This document shows, in pieces, positions 16,109 to 26,585 of a stretch of DNA of 64,000 bases. The position numbers and the translations under genes are program-made. The stretch comes from a virus: the IMG/VR virus record IMGVR_UViG_3300035158_000384, positions 1-64,000 of that record, one strand, 5' to 3'. How positions within the stretch are numbered: the stretch's first letter is position 1; each line of letters opens with the position of its first letter. The notes under the pieces were generated by a model. The model saw only the letters and a program-made list of their open reading frames with translations. It was not told the DNA's origin and ran no database searches.

Positions 16109-17629
16109 TCAACCCTCGTCGTCTGAATCTCGGATGTCGGCCACTTTTTTCACCTTTTTGCTCACCTTCTTAGCCTTCTTTTTCCGTTTCCTGCCCCCCG
16201 CTTTCTTCTCTGAAAGCACCCTACCTTCTTTCTTCATACGCTTTTGAAGGTCGCCCTCGGGTCGTCGAGTCTGAAGGCCCTCTGCCTCCTCTGCTTTGGA
16301 TAAAATGGCTTTTCCGGTTGGGTCCAGTAGTGCAACGGATTTTATCGAGCACCTGTCCCTTTTGATTTCGCAATCCACAGTCCTGCCGTCACCGTAACTG
16401 CGCAACGCCGCGAAGAAAATACGGCACAGGTCGTCGGCTTTTTCATCCGGTGACTGACACAAAGCTATTACTGTATCAGCAATCGCGGCCTTCTCAAAAC
16501 TCTCACCGAAGTCTGTAATTGTGACTACCTCTTTCGAAGCTCCCTGCCTGTTGGTCTGACTCGCCGTCCACAAAGCGCAATCAAATTCCTGCGCAAGCGC
16601 CCGCAGGTCTTCGTAAATACCGGCCTGCTCATGCCGCATCTCCCCCAAGCGCCTGTCGGGTTTGAGTATATCCGCGTAGTCCACGATTACGAGATCGGGA
16701 CGGAAGCTATTCGCCGCCAAAATCGAGAGGTGAGAACGCAAAGTGGACACCGACGCCCTGCGCGTGGAATACCCTTTCACGAAAAGCCGCCCATTGACAA
16801 ACGCCTTCGTGCGCTGTTTCAGCAACTCAATGTACTTCTTCGGATTGGTGTACTTCCACCCTACACGCCCACCTGCAATACGGTCATCGAAGCGACGCCC
16901 GATCTTGTCCTGACTCATTTCGCAAGTGTAGTAGACGACGTTGTAACCCCACAACGCCAACAACGCACCAAAACCGAAATTAATCAGGAGCGTCGTTTTG
17001 CCGCGCTTGGGTGGTGCGAGAATAACACCCAACTCCCCACGGCCAAGACCTCCACGGAGTGCCCGATCCAAGTGAACCAACCCTGTTGGCACGGTTTCCC
17101 CGATATGCTCACCCTGCAAGTAGTAGTCATACCTGCTGCTTTCGGTATCCGCGTACTCCAACCCCAAGTCGGTCAAATCCTCACCAACAGCGAGCGCGTC
17201 CTGTATGAGCGGCATCACGTTTCTGTCGCCCCGCTCCAACATATCCGCACCCTCAATAATGGCATTGATCATAGCTTGATGTCTGCCGAAATTGATGGCC
17301 TTGTCCATAACCGCTTCAGCGTCTGAAACGTCGGCCTTGTACATATTCTCAAGTAGTGCCTCGAGATCGAGCATCTTCTCGTCGTCCGCGATCTCACGGA
17401 CCAACTCAGTCATGAGCGCACGCCCCGGAAGACTGCCGTACTCGTCGTGGTGCTGAAACAAGGCTTTCGCGATTGTGTAGTGCAAGTCGGACACGAAATA
17501 CGCTGGGTCCAACGCGGCTCTGTAACGCGGGATAAAACTCGGTATGCGCAACGCCACTTCCAAAACGTGCTTCTGGAATTCACGCCCGAACTGAACGTCG
17601 TAGGTACCTGCCTGTTTTACGTCACTCAT
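16109..17629 (-). CDS. replicative DnaB-like helicase
   Basis: APPKRGKT, YTCEM, IVDYADIL, TASQ; adjacent to primase. Confidence 0.92.
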   Translation of the reverse strand: MSDVKQAGTYDVQFGREFQKHVLEVALRIPSFIPRYRAALDPAYFVSDLHYTIAKALFQHHDEYGSLPGRALMTELVREIADDEKMLDLEALLENMYKADVSDAEAVMDKAINFGRHQAMINAIIEGADMLERGDRNVMPLIQDALAVGEDLTDLGLEYADTESSRYDYYLQGEHIGETVPTGLVHLDRALRGGLGRGELGVILAPPKRGKTTLLINFGFGALLALWGYNVVYYTCEMSQDKIGRRFDDRIAGGRVGWKYTNPKKYIELLKQRTKAFVNGRLFVKGYSTRRASVSTLRSHLSILAANSFRPDLVIVDYADILKPDRRLGEMRHEQAGIYEDLRALAQEFDCALWTASQTNRQGASKEVVTITDFGESFEKAAIADTVIALCQSPDEKADDLCRIFFAALRSYGDGRTVDCEIKRDRCSIKSVALLDPTGKAILSKAEEAEGLQTRRPEGDLQKRMKKEGRVLSEKKAGGRKRKKKAKKVSKKVKKVADIRDSDDEG

Positions 17630-18564
17630 TCGATCCCCCACTCTTTGCCGGGTACATTCGACAAATCCCCTCGCGCCTTTGGTTTCACGTCTGCGAATTG
17701 GTTGCGGAGAAAATAAGCCAAACCATACCAGCTAAACGGTTCGTGATAGCCCAACCACTCTGACAAGCCACTACACAACATTTCCACCACGTCGTGCGCA
17801 GCCTGTAAAACAACCAACCGTTTGGTGGCGTGTAGTAATGCTGGGTAAAACTCCCTTTCGAGATTTCGTCGGCGTGCCTTGTACGCATGGGTCATATTGC
17901 TTCTGTCGTCCAACACGCGCCAATCCCACGAAGGGTTGCAATCCAAAACAACATCCTTCCACGCCGGACTCTCGCCCAACATGTGCAACCGGACGTAGTA
18001 AGAACCAACCTCAAACTCGTCCTCGTACAACGTCCTGCGCAACACCCCTGCGAGTGTCCGCTCGTTGTACACGTCGTAATATCCGCGACGAAAACGCCTG
18101 TGAGCACGCCGCAAAAAGATATTGTAACGGGCCTTGGCCTTCTCACCTAAAAGCAAATTCGGCTGAAAGCCGTATTGTTCGACTTGGGGCGCATCAAAAA
18201 GCATCCACATCTGCGCCGCGATGTACGTTGTTCGGTCTGCTCCGCTCACCGTGCAGTAGTCTTCCGCCTTCTTGAGCAACTTCCGAGCACGATCTGACCG
18301 CAAAACTTTCTCGGAAGGCGGTTGTCCGAAATGCTGTGTATGGAGTGTTATGTAGAGGTCTGTAAAAGACATGTCGGCACGAGGCCGGAAACTTCTTTCG
18401 AGGGCTGCTTTACTCTCCGCTAAAGATTTGCGTTCGGTCCACCGTTTGGCTTGTTCAGAGCAAGCTGCCCGTTCTCCACACTCCACACACGATTCACTAT
18501 CGGAAATAAATTCAACACCAAAGCACGGCGGAACAACACCTATCACAGGTGTTCTCTCCACCAC
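17626..18564 (-). CDS. hypothetical replication-region protein
   Basis: 312-aa ORF with N-terminal Cys cluster, translationally coupled to helicase. Confidence 0.7.
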   Translation of the reverse strand: MVERTPVIGVVPPCFGVEFISDSESCVECGERAACSEQAKRWTERKSLAESKAALERSFRPRADMSFTDLYITLHTQHFGQPPSEKVLRSDRARKLLKKAEDYCTVSGADRTTYIAAQMWMLFDAPQVEQYGFQPNLLLGEKAKARYNIFLRRAHRRFRRGYYDVYNERTLAGVLRRTLYEDEFEVGSYYVRLHMLGESPAWKDVVLDCNPSWDWRVLDDRSNMTHAYKARRRNLEREFYPALLHATKRLVVLQAAHDVVEMLCSGLSEWLGYHEPFSWYGLAYFLRNQFADVKPKARGDLSNVPGKEWGIE

Positions 18565-18570
18565 ATCACC

Positions 18571-19254
18571 TCATTCGCTACCTAAGCCGTATTCAGCATC
18601 CCTATCCGCGTCGACTTCTTCGTTCGGCGGCCATGTGTACCCGAAGTCCTTGCGTTTGATTTTGACCATACGCCCGTCCGGGTGGTGCCACACTACACCC
18701 TCGATTTTGGTCCTCGAGAAATACTGAAGCAGGCCGTAGAAGTCTCTCGGGACATCCCGCAATTCAACAGCCCCGTGCCGATAAAACTCATGCTCCTCGA
18801 GCTTATACGGGTTCCCTTGCACCTTTGGACCGACCAACTCGAACGTCGCCGGACCTCGAAGATTGTGCAACGAAGGCTCGCGGTTCCAAGCCTCCTCAAA
18901 CATACCGTAGTCCGACGCTTTCGGGTCCACCGGAACCCATCCGGGCCAATGCCCCGTGTTTACGTCAGGCTCCGTTTCACACTCACGCCAACTCTCGGGG
19001 GCTGGTTTGAAATCTGATAGACGATAGGGCTTGTCTGGATGTTTTGCGTGCGCCCTGCGTGCGGATTTTGTAACCTTTCGGTCATACCGCCGCCACAGCC
19101 TCCCTTCGAACACCAAGCAGGCCATACCATCCATTTTAACGGTGGCTTTGCCTTCCCCAGCCACAACCCACTCGCAACCCGCCACCAATTCGTCTTTCAC
19201 GAGCCGCGTACCGCCTGTGTAGTCCCTCTGAAACAAACTCGGAACCTTTTTCAC
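18571..19254 (-). CDS. ATP-dependent RNA ligase, C12orf29/RLIG1 (DUF5565)-like
   Basis: motif I TVKMDG, DFKPAPESW, GHWPGWVPV, motif III ELVG..VQGNPY, motif IV IEGVVWH, motif V VKIK. Confidence 0.85.
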   Translation of the reverse strand: MKKVPSLFQRDYTGGTRLVKDELVAGCEWVVAGEGKATVKMDGMACLVFEGRLWRRYDRKVTKSARRAHAKHPDKPYRLSDFKPAPESWRECETEPDVNTGHWPGWVPVDPKASDYGMFEEAWNREPSLHNLRGPATFELVGPKVQGNPYKLEEHEFYRHGAVELRDVPRDFYGLLQYFSRTKIEGVVWHHPDGRMVKIKRKDFGYTWPPNEEVDADRDAEYGLGSE

Positions 19255-21449
19255 GCCAGCATCCTCTCCAAGTGTCGCTGGAGTCCTGTAACTCGGCGCA
19301 CTTGTTTGTTACGGTCAATAATGTCAACGATCTCCTCTCGCACCCCAACCAAGACACACATCTCCTGCGCACGGCTGACGGCGGTGTAGAGCCAATTTCG
19401 TTGTGTGATCATTGGGCCAAGACACGGGTGAATCGGAATCACAATGATGCGATTCTCCGACCCTTGGAATTTGTGCCCTGTTATCGCATATGCCAACTGC
19501 AAATTGTTGGAAACAGCGTCGACAGTAACCTCTCTATCAGGGTTGTCAAAACGCGCATCCAATGTCTGCTCCTTGTAGTCCACGTCGAACACAAACCCGA
19601 TGTCGCCATTGATCAACTGCGCCGCGTAATCGTTGCGGGTCTGGATGACTTTGTCGCCCGGATTGAACTGTACCACCTCGTGCTGACGTTCCCCTGTGAA
19701 ATGCTCCTGCAAGCGCTCGTTCAAAGCTTTGCAGGACAATTCGGAGCGCTCTCGTAGTGCAGTTATAACCTGAATATCTCGCAGAGGATCAGCGCGGAAA
19801 TCCGCAGGCAGGACGCTCGTTACCAATTCCACAATCAGGTCTTGAATTTCATCGGGGTCTTCAAGCTCTACAAAAGCAAAATCCGACTCCTCGCCATCTC
19901 GCGGCAAAAGTATGTCCGTGCCGTCCTTAATCCTATGGCAATTACGAATTATCAACCCCGCGTCCTGTCGCTTAATCTCTGTCAATTCTACGCTTGGAAC
20001 CTCCCCGGAATGTATCATATCCCGCAACACCGAACCTGAACCCACGCTCGGCAATTGGTAAATGTCGCCAACCAAAATCAGCCGAACGTCGTTCCTCAGC
20101 GCCTCACACAACCGCGCCATCAGACTCGTGTCCACCATTGACACTTCGTCAACAATAACCGTGCTGTGCGGTAGTGGGTTTGACTCGTTGTACTCGAAAG
20201 ACCACGTTGAGACGCCAGTTACGTCGTCTGTTGTGACCGACGTGGGTTGAAGTGCTCGGTGTATTGTGTGCGCGGGCTCTCCGGTCAATTCCGTCAATCT
20301 GCGGGCAGCTTTGCCTGTCGGAGCTACTAGAAGCACTTCCTTGCCCCGACACATGGGCTGGTCGAGCAGGTAACGCACCGTGAACGTCTTGCCGGTGCCG
20401 GGAGCCCCGGTGAGAATGAACACACGGGACGAAATCGCCGCTTTGACCGCCACTTTCTGGTCGTCGGCCAACGTGTTCGACGTGACCTCAAAATCGGCCT
20501 GCGGGGGGTTCTGCAACAACTCGGCCAGCTTTGTGGCTATCTTCAACTCGTCGGCGTAAACCAACGGGTCGTAGATGTGGCCGTCATCCTCAACAAGCTC
20601 GCCAGCTTCGAGCATGGTCTCCAAAACAGGCTTGACCATGCGGGAAAACAAACCGAGCACCTGACCGACTTCACGGGCGAATTTGGACGCAGGACGGCAG
20701 GTGTGTCCCTCAAACCGTGCGGCACGGTCAAGCGTGTAGTACGTCCCAGCCTTTACTCGACATGGGGCGGTTCGCGGGATACCGACGGCGGCTCCGATCT
20801 TGTCGGCAAGCTCGAAATTGAATCCCCTGATCCTGCGAATCATCTGGTAAGGGTCGGTTTTGAGAAGCTCGGGAGTCTTGGCACCATAAACTCGAACCAT
20901 GCGACTTTTCATGGCCTTGGAAACGCCCTTGATCCCCTCCAAAATGTCCGCTACGGCAATCAAAGCCTTTTCGCTGGCCTCATTGTCGAGAAGGCACTTT
21001 TGGATTTCCTGTGCGCGTTCCGGGGTGATTCCCGGTATATGCGCCGCTACCGTCTCCGGCTCGGTCTTGCAAACGTGCAAGGTGTTGGCACCGAAGGCGG
21101 CCACCAACGCTTCCACGCGCTGTTCCCCGAGCCATTTGGCGTTCTCTTTCAGGTAGATACAAATACCGGCGGAGGTCTTGGGAGCCTCGGTTTCGTATGT
21201 CTCGAAATCAAACTGGACACCGTATTTGGGGTGTTCTGTCCACTCGCCGTGGAACGTGTAAGTGAGCCCCTCAACAGGCTCGAAGTGTTGTCCCTTAACA
21301 ACCGCCCAACCTGTTACCCGAACTCCCCCGAAGGGCTCCTCCGGTATCTCTTCAACGTCCAGAGAAGCCATGTCAAGCTCGGCGTAGGCGATCAGAAAAT
21401 CGTCCTTTTGGAACAGAAAGCGGTCAAGTGTTGCCGTGATGGTAGTCAC
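19251..21449 (-). CDS. recD2: RecD2-like SF1B helicase
   Basis: HPKYGVQF, GAPGTGKT, APTGKAA, VDEVSM, GDIYQLPSVG, AYAITGHKFQGSE, LYTAVSRA. Confidence 0.93.
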   Translation of the reverse strand: MTTITATLDRFLFQKDDFLIAYAELDMASLDVEEIPEEPFGGVRVTGWAVVKGQHFEPVEGLTYTFHGEWTEHPKYGVQFDFETYETEAPKTSAGICIYLKENAKWLGEQRVEALVAAFGANTLHVCKTEPETVAAHIPGITPERAQEIQKCLLDNEASEKALIAVADILEGIKGVSKAMKSRMVRVYGAKTPELLKTDPYQMIRRIRGFNFELADKIGAAVGIPRTAPCRVKAGTYYTLDRAARFEGHTCRPASKFAREVGQVLGLFSRMVKPVLETMLEAGELVEDDGHIYDPLVYADELKIATKLAELLQNPPQADFEVTSNTLADDQKVAVKAAISSRVFILTGAPGTGKTFTVRYLLDQPMCRGKEVLLVAPTGKAARRLTELTGEPAHTIHRALQPTSVTTDDVTGVSTWSFEYNESNPLPHSTVIVDEVSMVDTSLMARLCEALRNDVRLILVGDIYQLPSVGSGSVLRDMIHSGEVPSVELTEIKRQDAGLIIRNCHRIKDGTDILLPRDGEESDFAFVELEDPDEIQDLIVELVTSVLPADFRADPLRDIQVITALRERSELSCKALNERLQEHFTGERQHEVVQFNPGDKVIQTRNDYAAQLINGDIGFVFDVDYKEQTLDARFDNPDREVTVDAVSNNLQLAYAITGHKFQGSENRIIVIPIHPCLGPMITQRNWLYTAVSRAQEMCVLVGVREEIVDIIDRNKQVRRVTGLQRHLERMLA

Positions 21450-21545
21450 GATTAAGCCCCCTAAAGTTGACATTGTGTCAACCGCGTGGACAGGCGTGAC
21501 GGACAGCCCAAAACGCAGGTCCGCCAAATTCGTTACGGTATTCGA

Positions 21546-21574
21546 AGTTTAGCACGCGGTTTGTGATCTGTCAA
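21546..21574 (-). promoter_or_regulatory. sigma70 promoter
   Basis: TTGACA-17 nt-TAAACT with TG extension. Confidence 0.7.
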
Positions 21575-21630
21575 GCGTATTTACGAATCCATTGCCCTGT
21601 GCCGCGTGTAAAATGTGCCTGTTTAACGGT

Positions 21631-23211
21631 TTACGCTTCTTCATAAGTTTTCTGCATCGCCTCTTCCCACTTCAAAAACGGGAGGAGATCGTCGAACCCC
21701 TCGGTCGATCCCGGCTCGGGCCAATCTTCCAACAACGCCACCTCGTAGCCCTCATCTTCGTAAAACTCGGCGCGTGATGCGGCGTGTTCGGTGAGTTTAG
21801 GGTGGCAGACGGGTACGAAATCCACAACCCACACGTCCTCTCCGCCCTTTCGCCGCATGCCCCGACCAACGCGCTGTAGTGCGCTCGTGTTGACCTTGAC
21901 GCCTTCCGCCAGAACAATCGCGTTCACGTTCGGTACGTCCTCGCCCTCGTCCCAAATCGTGGACACAAGCACGGCGTGTATCTGCCCGCTGTTCAGGAGT
22001 TTTTTCGCTTCCAGCCGGTCCTCGGTTGTCGTTGCCCCCCAGCACGCCCGGAAGTCCACGCCCTTGTCGTCAAGCATGGCTTCGAGGGTGCGGAAGTGCT
22101 TCTTGTACCGGCACAGCACCATGACTTTGCGCCCTTGGTCCACCAGCCACGTAGTGGCCTTGACCACCGCGTCGTTGTGCAGTTTGTTCTCTACGATTCC
22201 AGCGTCGTAAGCCGCCTTGTAAGCCAATTCGCGGGATTTACCCTCTCGCCAAACCTTACCCAGCGAGCCCCGCGCACCGGATGCGTTATCCGACATCACC
22301 ATGACAATTCGAGGACGTGCGGCCAAGCCTTCGGCAATCAGGTGCTCCGCCTCGACGTTGTAAATCACAGGCCCTGTAGCACCAATAAGCCGGAGGTCCG
22401 AAAGCTCGTTCTCCTTCAGCGGCGTTCCCGACAAACCGTAGCGGAATCGCGCGGGGCACGCCATCGCTATGTCTTGCCAACTGTTGGACGAGGTGTGGTG
22501 GCACTCGTCCAGCATTATGCAATCTACTTGTTCTTCTATCAAAAACCTTAAATCTTCGTTGGCAGGTATTAACTTACCTTTGCGGCGTCTCGGCTTAAAG
22601 CCTATAAGGGTTTGAGCCGTCCCGACAGTCACGTCTCCGGTCGTTTTCACACCATCGCCGCATTGTCCGACAGTCAAGTCACCCTCGTAGTAACGCTCGA
22701 AACGCTCGACGGTCTGCGTAAGCAAGCCTTTCTTCGGTACGACCACCAGAGTGCGAACGTCGTACTCCTCCCACAAATAGCGAGCAACGGCGGCCATTAT
22801 CTCCGTTTTGCCGGATGCGGTCGGGGACTTCACTACACCTCGAGGGTGTGCCAGCATGGACATGCACGCCTCGTATTGGTGATCCCACAGGGTAATTCCG
22901 GGGAGGTACTCCGGGGTAAACCGTTTCAAATCCACCGTTACCCTGTACGGGTCGAGGACTTCAAGGTCCGCAAATTCTTGAAACTCCAGCAAGTACGTTT
23001 GTGCTCGCGCTACCAACCCAGCGGGAAAACGATTGCCGGAGTAGAAACGAACCTTGCCGTCCCAACGACCATCCTTGCAAATCTGCAAGAAGTGCGCTTT
23101 AGGGTCACGAACCGCGAGGCATTGTTCGAGGTGCCTACCGGGGATGCCTTCCAAGAATGCCCACGCCCCATCAATCTCAATTTTTGGTTTGGTGCTCTCG
23201 TTCTTCGGCAT
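21631..23211 (-). CDS. UvsW-like SF2 helicase
   Basis: WDGKVRF, PTASGKT, DECHH, SGTP, QRVGRGMR. Confidence 0.9.
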   Translation of the reverse strand: MPKNESTKPKIEIDGAWAFLEGIPGRHLEQCLAVRDPKAHFLQICKDGRWDGKVRFYSGNRFPAGLVARAQTYLLEFQEFADLEVLDPYRVTVDLKRFTPEYLPGITLWDHQYEACMSMLAHPRGVVKSPTASGKTEIMAAVARYLWEEYDVRTLVVVPKKGLLTQTVERFERYYEGDLTVGQCGDGVKTTGDVTVGTAQTLIGFKPRRRKGKLIPANEDLRFLIEEQVDCIMLDECHHTSSNSWQDIAMACPARFRYGLSGTPLKENELSDLRLIGATGPVIYNVEAEHLIAEGLAARPRIVMVMSDNASGARGSLGKVWREGKSRELAYKAAYDAGIVENKLHNDAVVKATTWLVDQGRKVMVLCRYKKHFRTLEAMLDDKGVDFRACWGATTTEDRLEAKKLLNSGQIHAVLVSTIWDEGEDVPNVNAIVLAEGVKVNTSALQRVGRGMRRKGGEDVWVVDFVPVCHPKLTEHAASRAEFYEDEGYEVALLEDWPEPGSTEGFDDLLPFLKWEEAMQKTYEEA

Positions 23212-23269
23212 GACCTCTCGCTTCGTTTTTTGACACAAAGTCAACTACGGCGTCGGCCCCTCGCGCACG

Positions 23270-23420
23270 GGCTTTTGATCGTACTTCTCTTTCGGTCTTC
23301 TCTCTTCTCTCTCTTTTTTTGATCCCTCTCTCTATAGAGAGAGGGTTTTTTTATTAATGATCTCTAGATCAAGAACTATACAAATTAGCTTTGAAGAACG
23401 ATCAAAAGATCAAAAAGAAT
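23270..23420. other. candidate replication origin
   Basis: non-coding, AT/CT-rich, perfect 22-bp palindrome 23324-23345, six GATC sites. Confidence 0.4.
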
Positions 23421-23493
23421 GGGGGCGCGAAAGTCACTTTCAGCGTACACCCCCGACAGGTCGAGAGTCAAGACTTTTGCCACAGAATTTCTG

Positions 23494-23745
23494 TCAAGAA
23501 TCCCGTGGTTCAGGAACAAACTCCCCCGGCTTGCGTAGTGATTCCACACGGGCAGACAACTTGCCGGAAGGTTCCTGCGAACACCTCCGGCAGACATGGC
23601 GGTGTTTCGGTAGAAACTGTACCCAAACGATAACCTCGGGAACCTCTTCCAGCTTCCCACAACTCAAGCATTGACTCAAGACCTTCATACTATCCCCCTG
23701 TAGCCAAGGATAACGCACAAGGGACAGTTTGTAACAAATGCTCAA
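23494..23745 (-). CDS. small Zn-finger protein
   Basis: CLSCG...CRRC. Confidence 0.45.
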   Translation of the reverse strand: MSICYKLSLVRYPWLQGDSMKVLSQCLSCGKLEEVPEVIVWVQFLPKHRHVCRRCSQEPSGKLSARVESLRKPGEFVPEPRDS

Positions 23746-23749
23746 CCCG

Positions 23750-24193
23750 TCAGCCGCCGAAACCCGGCTTAAACCGCAAGAGATTTCTCAGGAAGTTCGC
23801 CGCCTCCTCCGAGGACACGTCATCCCCGCGCTTGGCACGGCAGGCTATGCACTCACACAGCCCTTCCACAACAACAAACGCACCCTCAACTTTTTTGATT
23901 GTGCGCGAGAATCCGTCGGGAGTTTTCTCTACACCAACAGCCTTTTCAACGGCTTCCCAAAAGAGCCTGATTTGTGCGATTGTACACTGAGTGCTCTTCT
24001 GCGCCATATTTTGTAGTCTTTCAAGCTCCTCCATCAGTTTCCTGTCCTTATCCACACGCTCAAGGACGTTGCGGAATTGTTCCTTGACGGCTTCGGGAGC
24101 TTCCGACAGGTGGAGTATTACTTCGTCTCCCTCCTTTACCTCGTTACCAAATATCCGGTTGATGTAGTCTTCACCGCTGTTTTTGTCGTGCAT
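23750..24193 (-). CDS. hypothetical protein
   Basis: 147-aa ORF. Confidence 0.65.
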   Translation of the reverse strand: MHDKNSGEDYINRIFGNEVKEGDEVILHLSEAPEAVKEQFRNVLERVDKDRKLMEELERLQNMAQKSTQCTIAQIRLFWEAVEKAVGVEKTPDGFSRTIKKVEGAFVVVEGLCECIACRAKRGDDVSSEEAANFLRNLLRFKPGFGG

Positions 24194-24209
24194 GCCTTAC
24201 CCTTTCTGC

Positions 24210-24431
24210 TCAATCCTGTTGGGGTGAAGAAGCACCCCACAAGTTTTCCAGCGTTAGCACTTCAAACTCTGAAAAATCAACTTTCTCACGCGGTTTGTAA
24301 AACACGTACCGCGGAACCCGCGCCCCTGCTATTTCAATGTAAGTTAAAATATAGAACGCCGCATCCCCGGCGTAGTACCAGTTCTCGGTGTCATCCTTCC
24401 TAATACACAGACCCCTCACATTCGCATCCAT
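24210..24431 (-). CDS. hypothetical protein
   Basis: 73-aa ORF, AGGAG RBS. Confidence 0.6.
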   Translation of the reverse strand: MDANVRGLCIRKDDTENWYYAGDAAFYILTYIEIAGARVPRYVFYKPREKVDFSEFEVLTLENLWGASSPQQD

Positions 24432-24440
24432 TGGGCTCTC

Positions 24441-26165
24441 CTACACTTCGTACTTCGCCTGTGGACCGTTGTTGAAGTAATTGCGGATGAAATCCACCCG
24501 ATCTGCTCTGTCAATCGTCTCGCCGTACTCGATCATCGCACCGAATCGCTGGGACTCTCGACTCCTCTTCCGAGCAACGTCCTCTGGAGGCAGGAGACGC
24601 CGCAGGTCGCCTTTTTCGAGCAATTTGGTGTATCGACCCAAAAAGACAGGTTCGAGCACCACAGCGCCGCTCTGTGCGATTTTTGTAAGGCTCCGTTTGA
24701 TCTGCGACGTAGGCAGGCCGGAACGGTCCCTCAAAGTTCGGTAATTCAAAGTATGCCGACCGCTTTGCCCAACCAATGACAACAGCAAAGCCGCAATGGT
24801 TCCCGCGTTCCTCTCGTGGGCCTCCCGTGCATAGTGTGCTAAAGCATTTCGAGAGATTGTCACTTCGAATTCCAAAGGTGGTTGTGCAATACGCTGAACC
24901 AAACCGTAGAGTTCCATGATGTTCAGGATATTCATGATAGCCATGTCGGGCAGAAAGGTTTTGAGTGCTTTCCCCAACGTACACGCTATGTATTTCTCAG
25001 TTTGTTTTATGGTTTGGCCCACGTCCCCGCACTCATGCAGGTAGCGCCACACAAGGTCGAAAGTCTCATACGCGGGGTTTGCGTTCTTCAAAAAATCTTT
25101 ACGCAGGTTATACGTGAATTCGTCCGTTATGAGAATAGTCCGTGAGGGTTTGCCGTCCCTACCTGCTCTCCCCGCTTCCTGCGTATAGGATTCGAGGCTG
25201 TTAGGATAGCCGACGTGAATGACATGGCGAATGTTTGGTACGTCGATACCCATGCCGAAAGCACAAGTAGCCACAATAATACGAGAACGCCCCGATTTGA
25301 AGCGATCCTGTACCCTGCGGCGTGCATCTCCGGGCATCCCAGCGTGGTAAAACGCGGCATCGTTAGCTGTATTCGCTCGAATTATCTCCGCAACCTTCTC
25401 CGCACCTTTTCGTGTTCCGATGTAGATAATGTGTGCGTCTGTCTTAAACGCTTGGGTTTTGCACAGGTCACGCACGATGTTCCATGCGTTGTATTTCCCC
25501 CCGTGCATGACTTCGTATGACAAATTTTCCCTTATGGGATCACCTATGAGGCGAGCCGGGTCTTCCAAACCCAAAGAATCACAAATGTCCCGCTCGATGT
25601 CTGCGGTGGCAGTAGCGGTGACGGCTATGATCTGCGGGCGTTCACCGTTTTCATCAATCAGGTTGTCCACAAGGTGCCGTCGGATGTGACGGTAAGCGGG
25701 TCGGAAATCGTGCCCGTACAAGCTCACGGTGTGTGCTTCGTCAATTACAATATAGTTCACATCGGTGTGACGCAGAGCTTCCTTAAACCGCTTGGTCCGC
25801 AGGCGTTCAGGTGCGACATACACCAAGTCGTAGTGTCCTTCCTGCATGTTTTGCAGAATGTTCAGGTGCTCTGCCTCGGGCACCAAACCGTTGAGCATTG
25901 CGGCCTGTATGCCTCTCGCTAAACAATCATCTCGTTGATCCTTGTGTAAAGCCACAAGTGGGGACACTACAATTGCAGTCCCTTGTGTTATCCGGGCCGG
26001 GATTTGAAAGATCAAGCTCTTGCCCCCTCCGGTGGCTTCGACCAGAAACAAGTCTTCGCCCTCGGCAACCGCACGAAGAGCGTGCTCCTGTACCGGATAG
26101 AACCGTGAGTATCCAAAATATCTACTGAGAGCTTCGTGACACGCGGACAGAAATTCAACGGACAT
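24441..26165 (-). CDS. recQ: RecQ-family helicase
   Basis: TGGGKSLIFQIPA, YVAPERL, DEAH, GHDFRPAY, TATA, AFGMGID, QEAGRAGRDG. Confidence 0.95.
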   Translation of the reverse strand: MSVEFLSACHEALSRYFGYSRFYPVQEHALRAVAEGEDLFLVEATGGGKSLIFQIPARITQGTAIVVSPLVALHKDQRDDCLARGIQAAMLNGLVPEAEHLNILQNMQEGHYDLVYVAPERLRTKRFKEALRHTDVNYIVIDEAHTVSLYGHDFRPAYRHIRRHLVDNLIDENGERPQIIAVTATATADIERDICDSLGLEDPARLIGDPIRENLSYEVMHGGKYNAWNIVRDLCKTQAFKTDAHIIYIGTRKGAEKVAEIIRANTANDAAFYHAGMPGDARRRVQDRFKSGRSRIIVATCAFGMGIDVPNIRHVIHVGYPNSLESYTQEAGRAGRDGKPSRTILITDEFTYNLRKDFLKNANPAYETFDLVWRYLHECGDVGQTIKQTEKYIACTLGKALKTFLPDMAIMNILNIMELYGLVQRIAQPPLEFEVTISRNALAHYAREAHERNAGTIAALLLSLVGQSGRHTLNYRTLRDRSGLPTSQIKRSLTKIAQSGAVVLEPVFLGRYTKLLEKGDLRRLLPPEDVARKRSRESQRFGAMIEYGETIDRADRVDFIRNYFNNGPQAKYEV

Positions 26166-26167
26166 GA

Positions 26168-26443
26168 TTATTCATCCTCGTAAATCTCGTTGCGAGCAAG
26201 AGCTTTGGCCGTTTCCAGCGTCAGAAAAGCGTCCCCCACCTCTGCGGGATACTGCATTGCTTCGACGCTCTCTTTAAGCTCTTCGTAGTCCTTCACAAAC
26301 CGCTCAAATACCTGTCTCTGTTTGCCTGTCAACGCAAGTTTTATTTCGTTAATCTCTTTCTGCGTCATGTTGACCCTCGTGTAAAGTGTGGGGCCGCTCG
26401 TGGTTTGAACGGCCCCGAATATGGAACAAACAACGTACAGCAT
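26168..26443 (-). CDS. hypothetical protein
   Basis: ORF, likely start MTQKE. Confidence 0.5.
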   Translation of the reverse strand: MLYVVCSIFGAVQTTSGPTLYTRVNMTQKEINEIKLALTGKQRQVFERFVKDYEELKESVEAMQYPAEVGDAFLTLETAKALARNEIYEDE

Positions 26444-26585
26444 GTCACAGTTTCCCCCGTAGTACTCAGAGTGCGTTTAGGTTTACATTTTAACACCCCC
26501 CTTTTTGCTCGGTTCCCGAGGTTTCGAGATCGTTCATCGGAGGTTCATACATTCAATTTGACGCCCCCTTTCAAATCCTATCACG

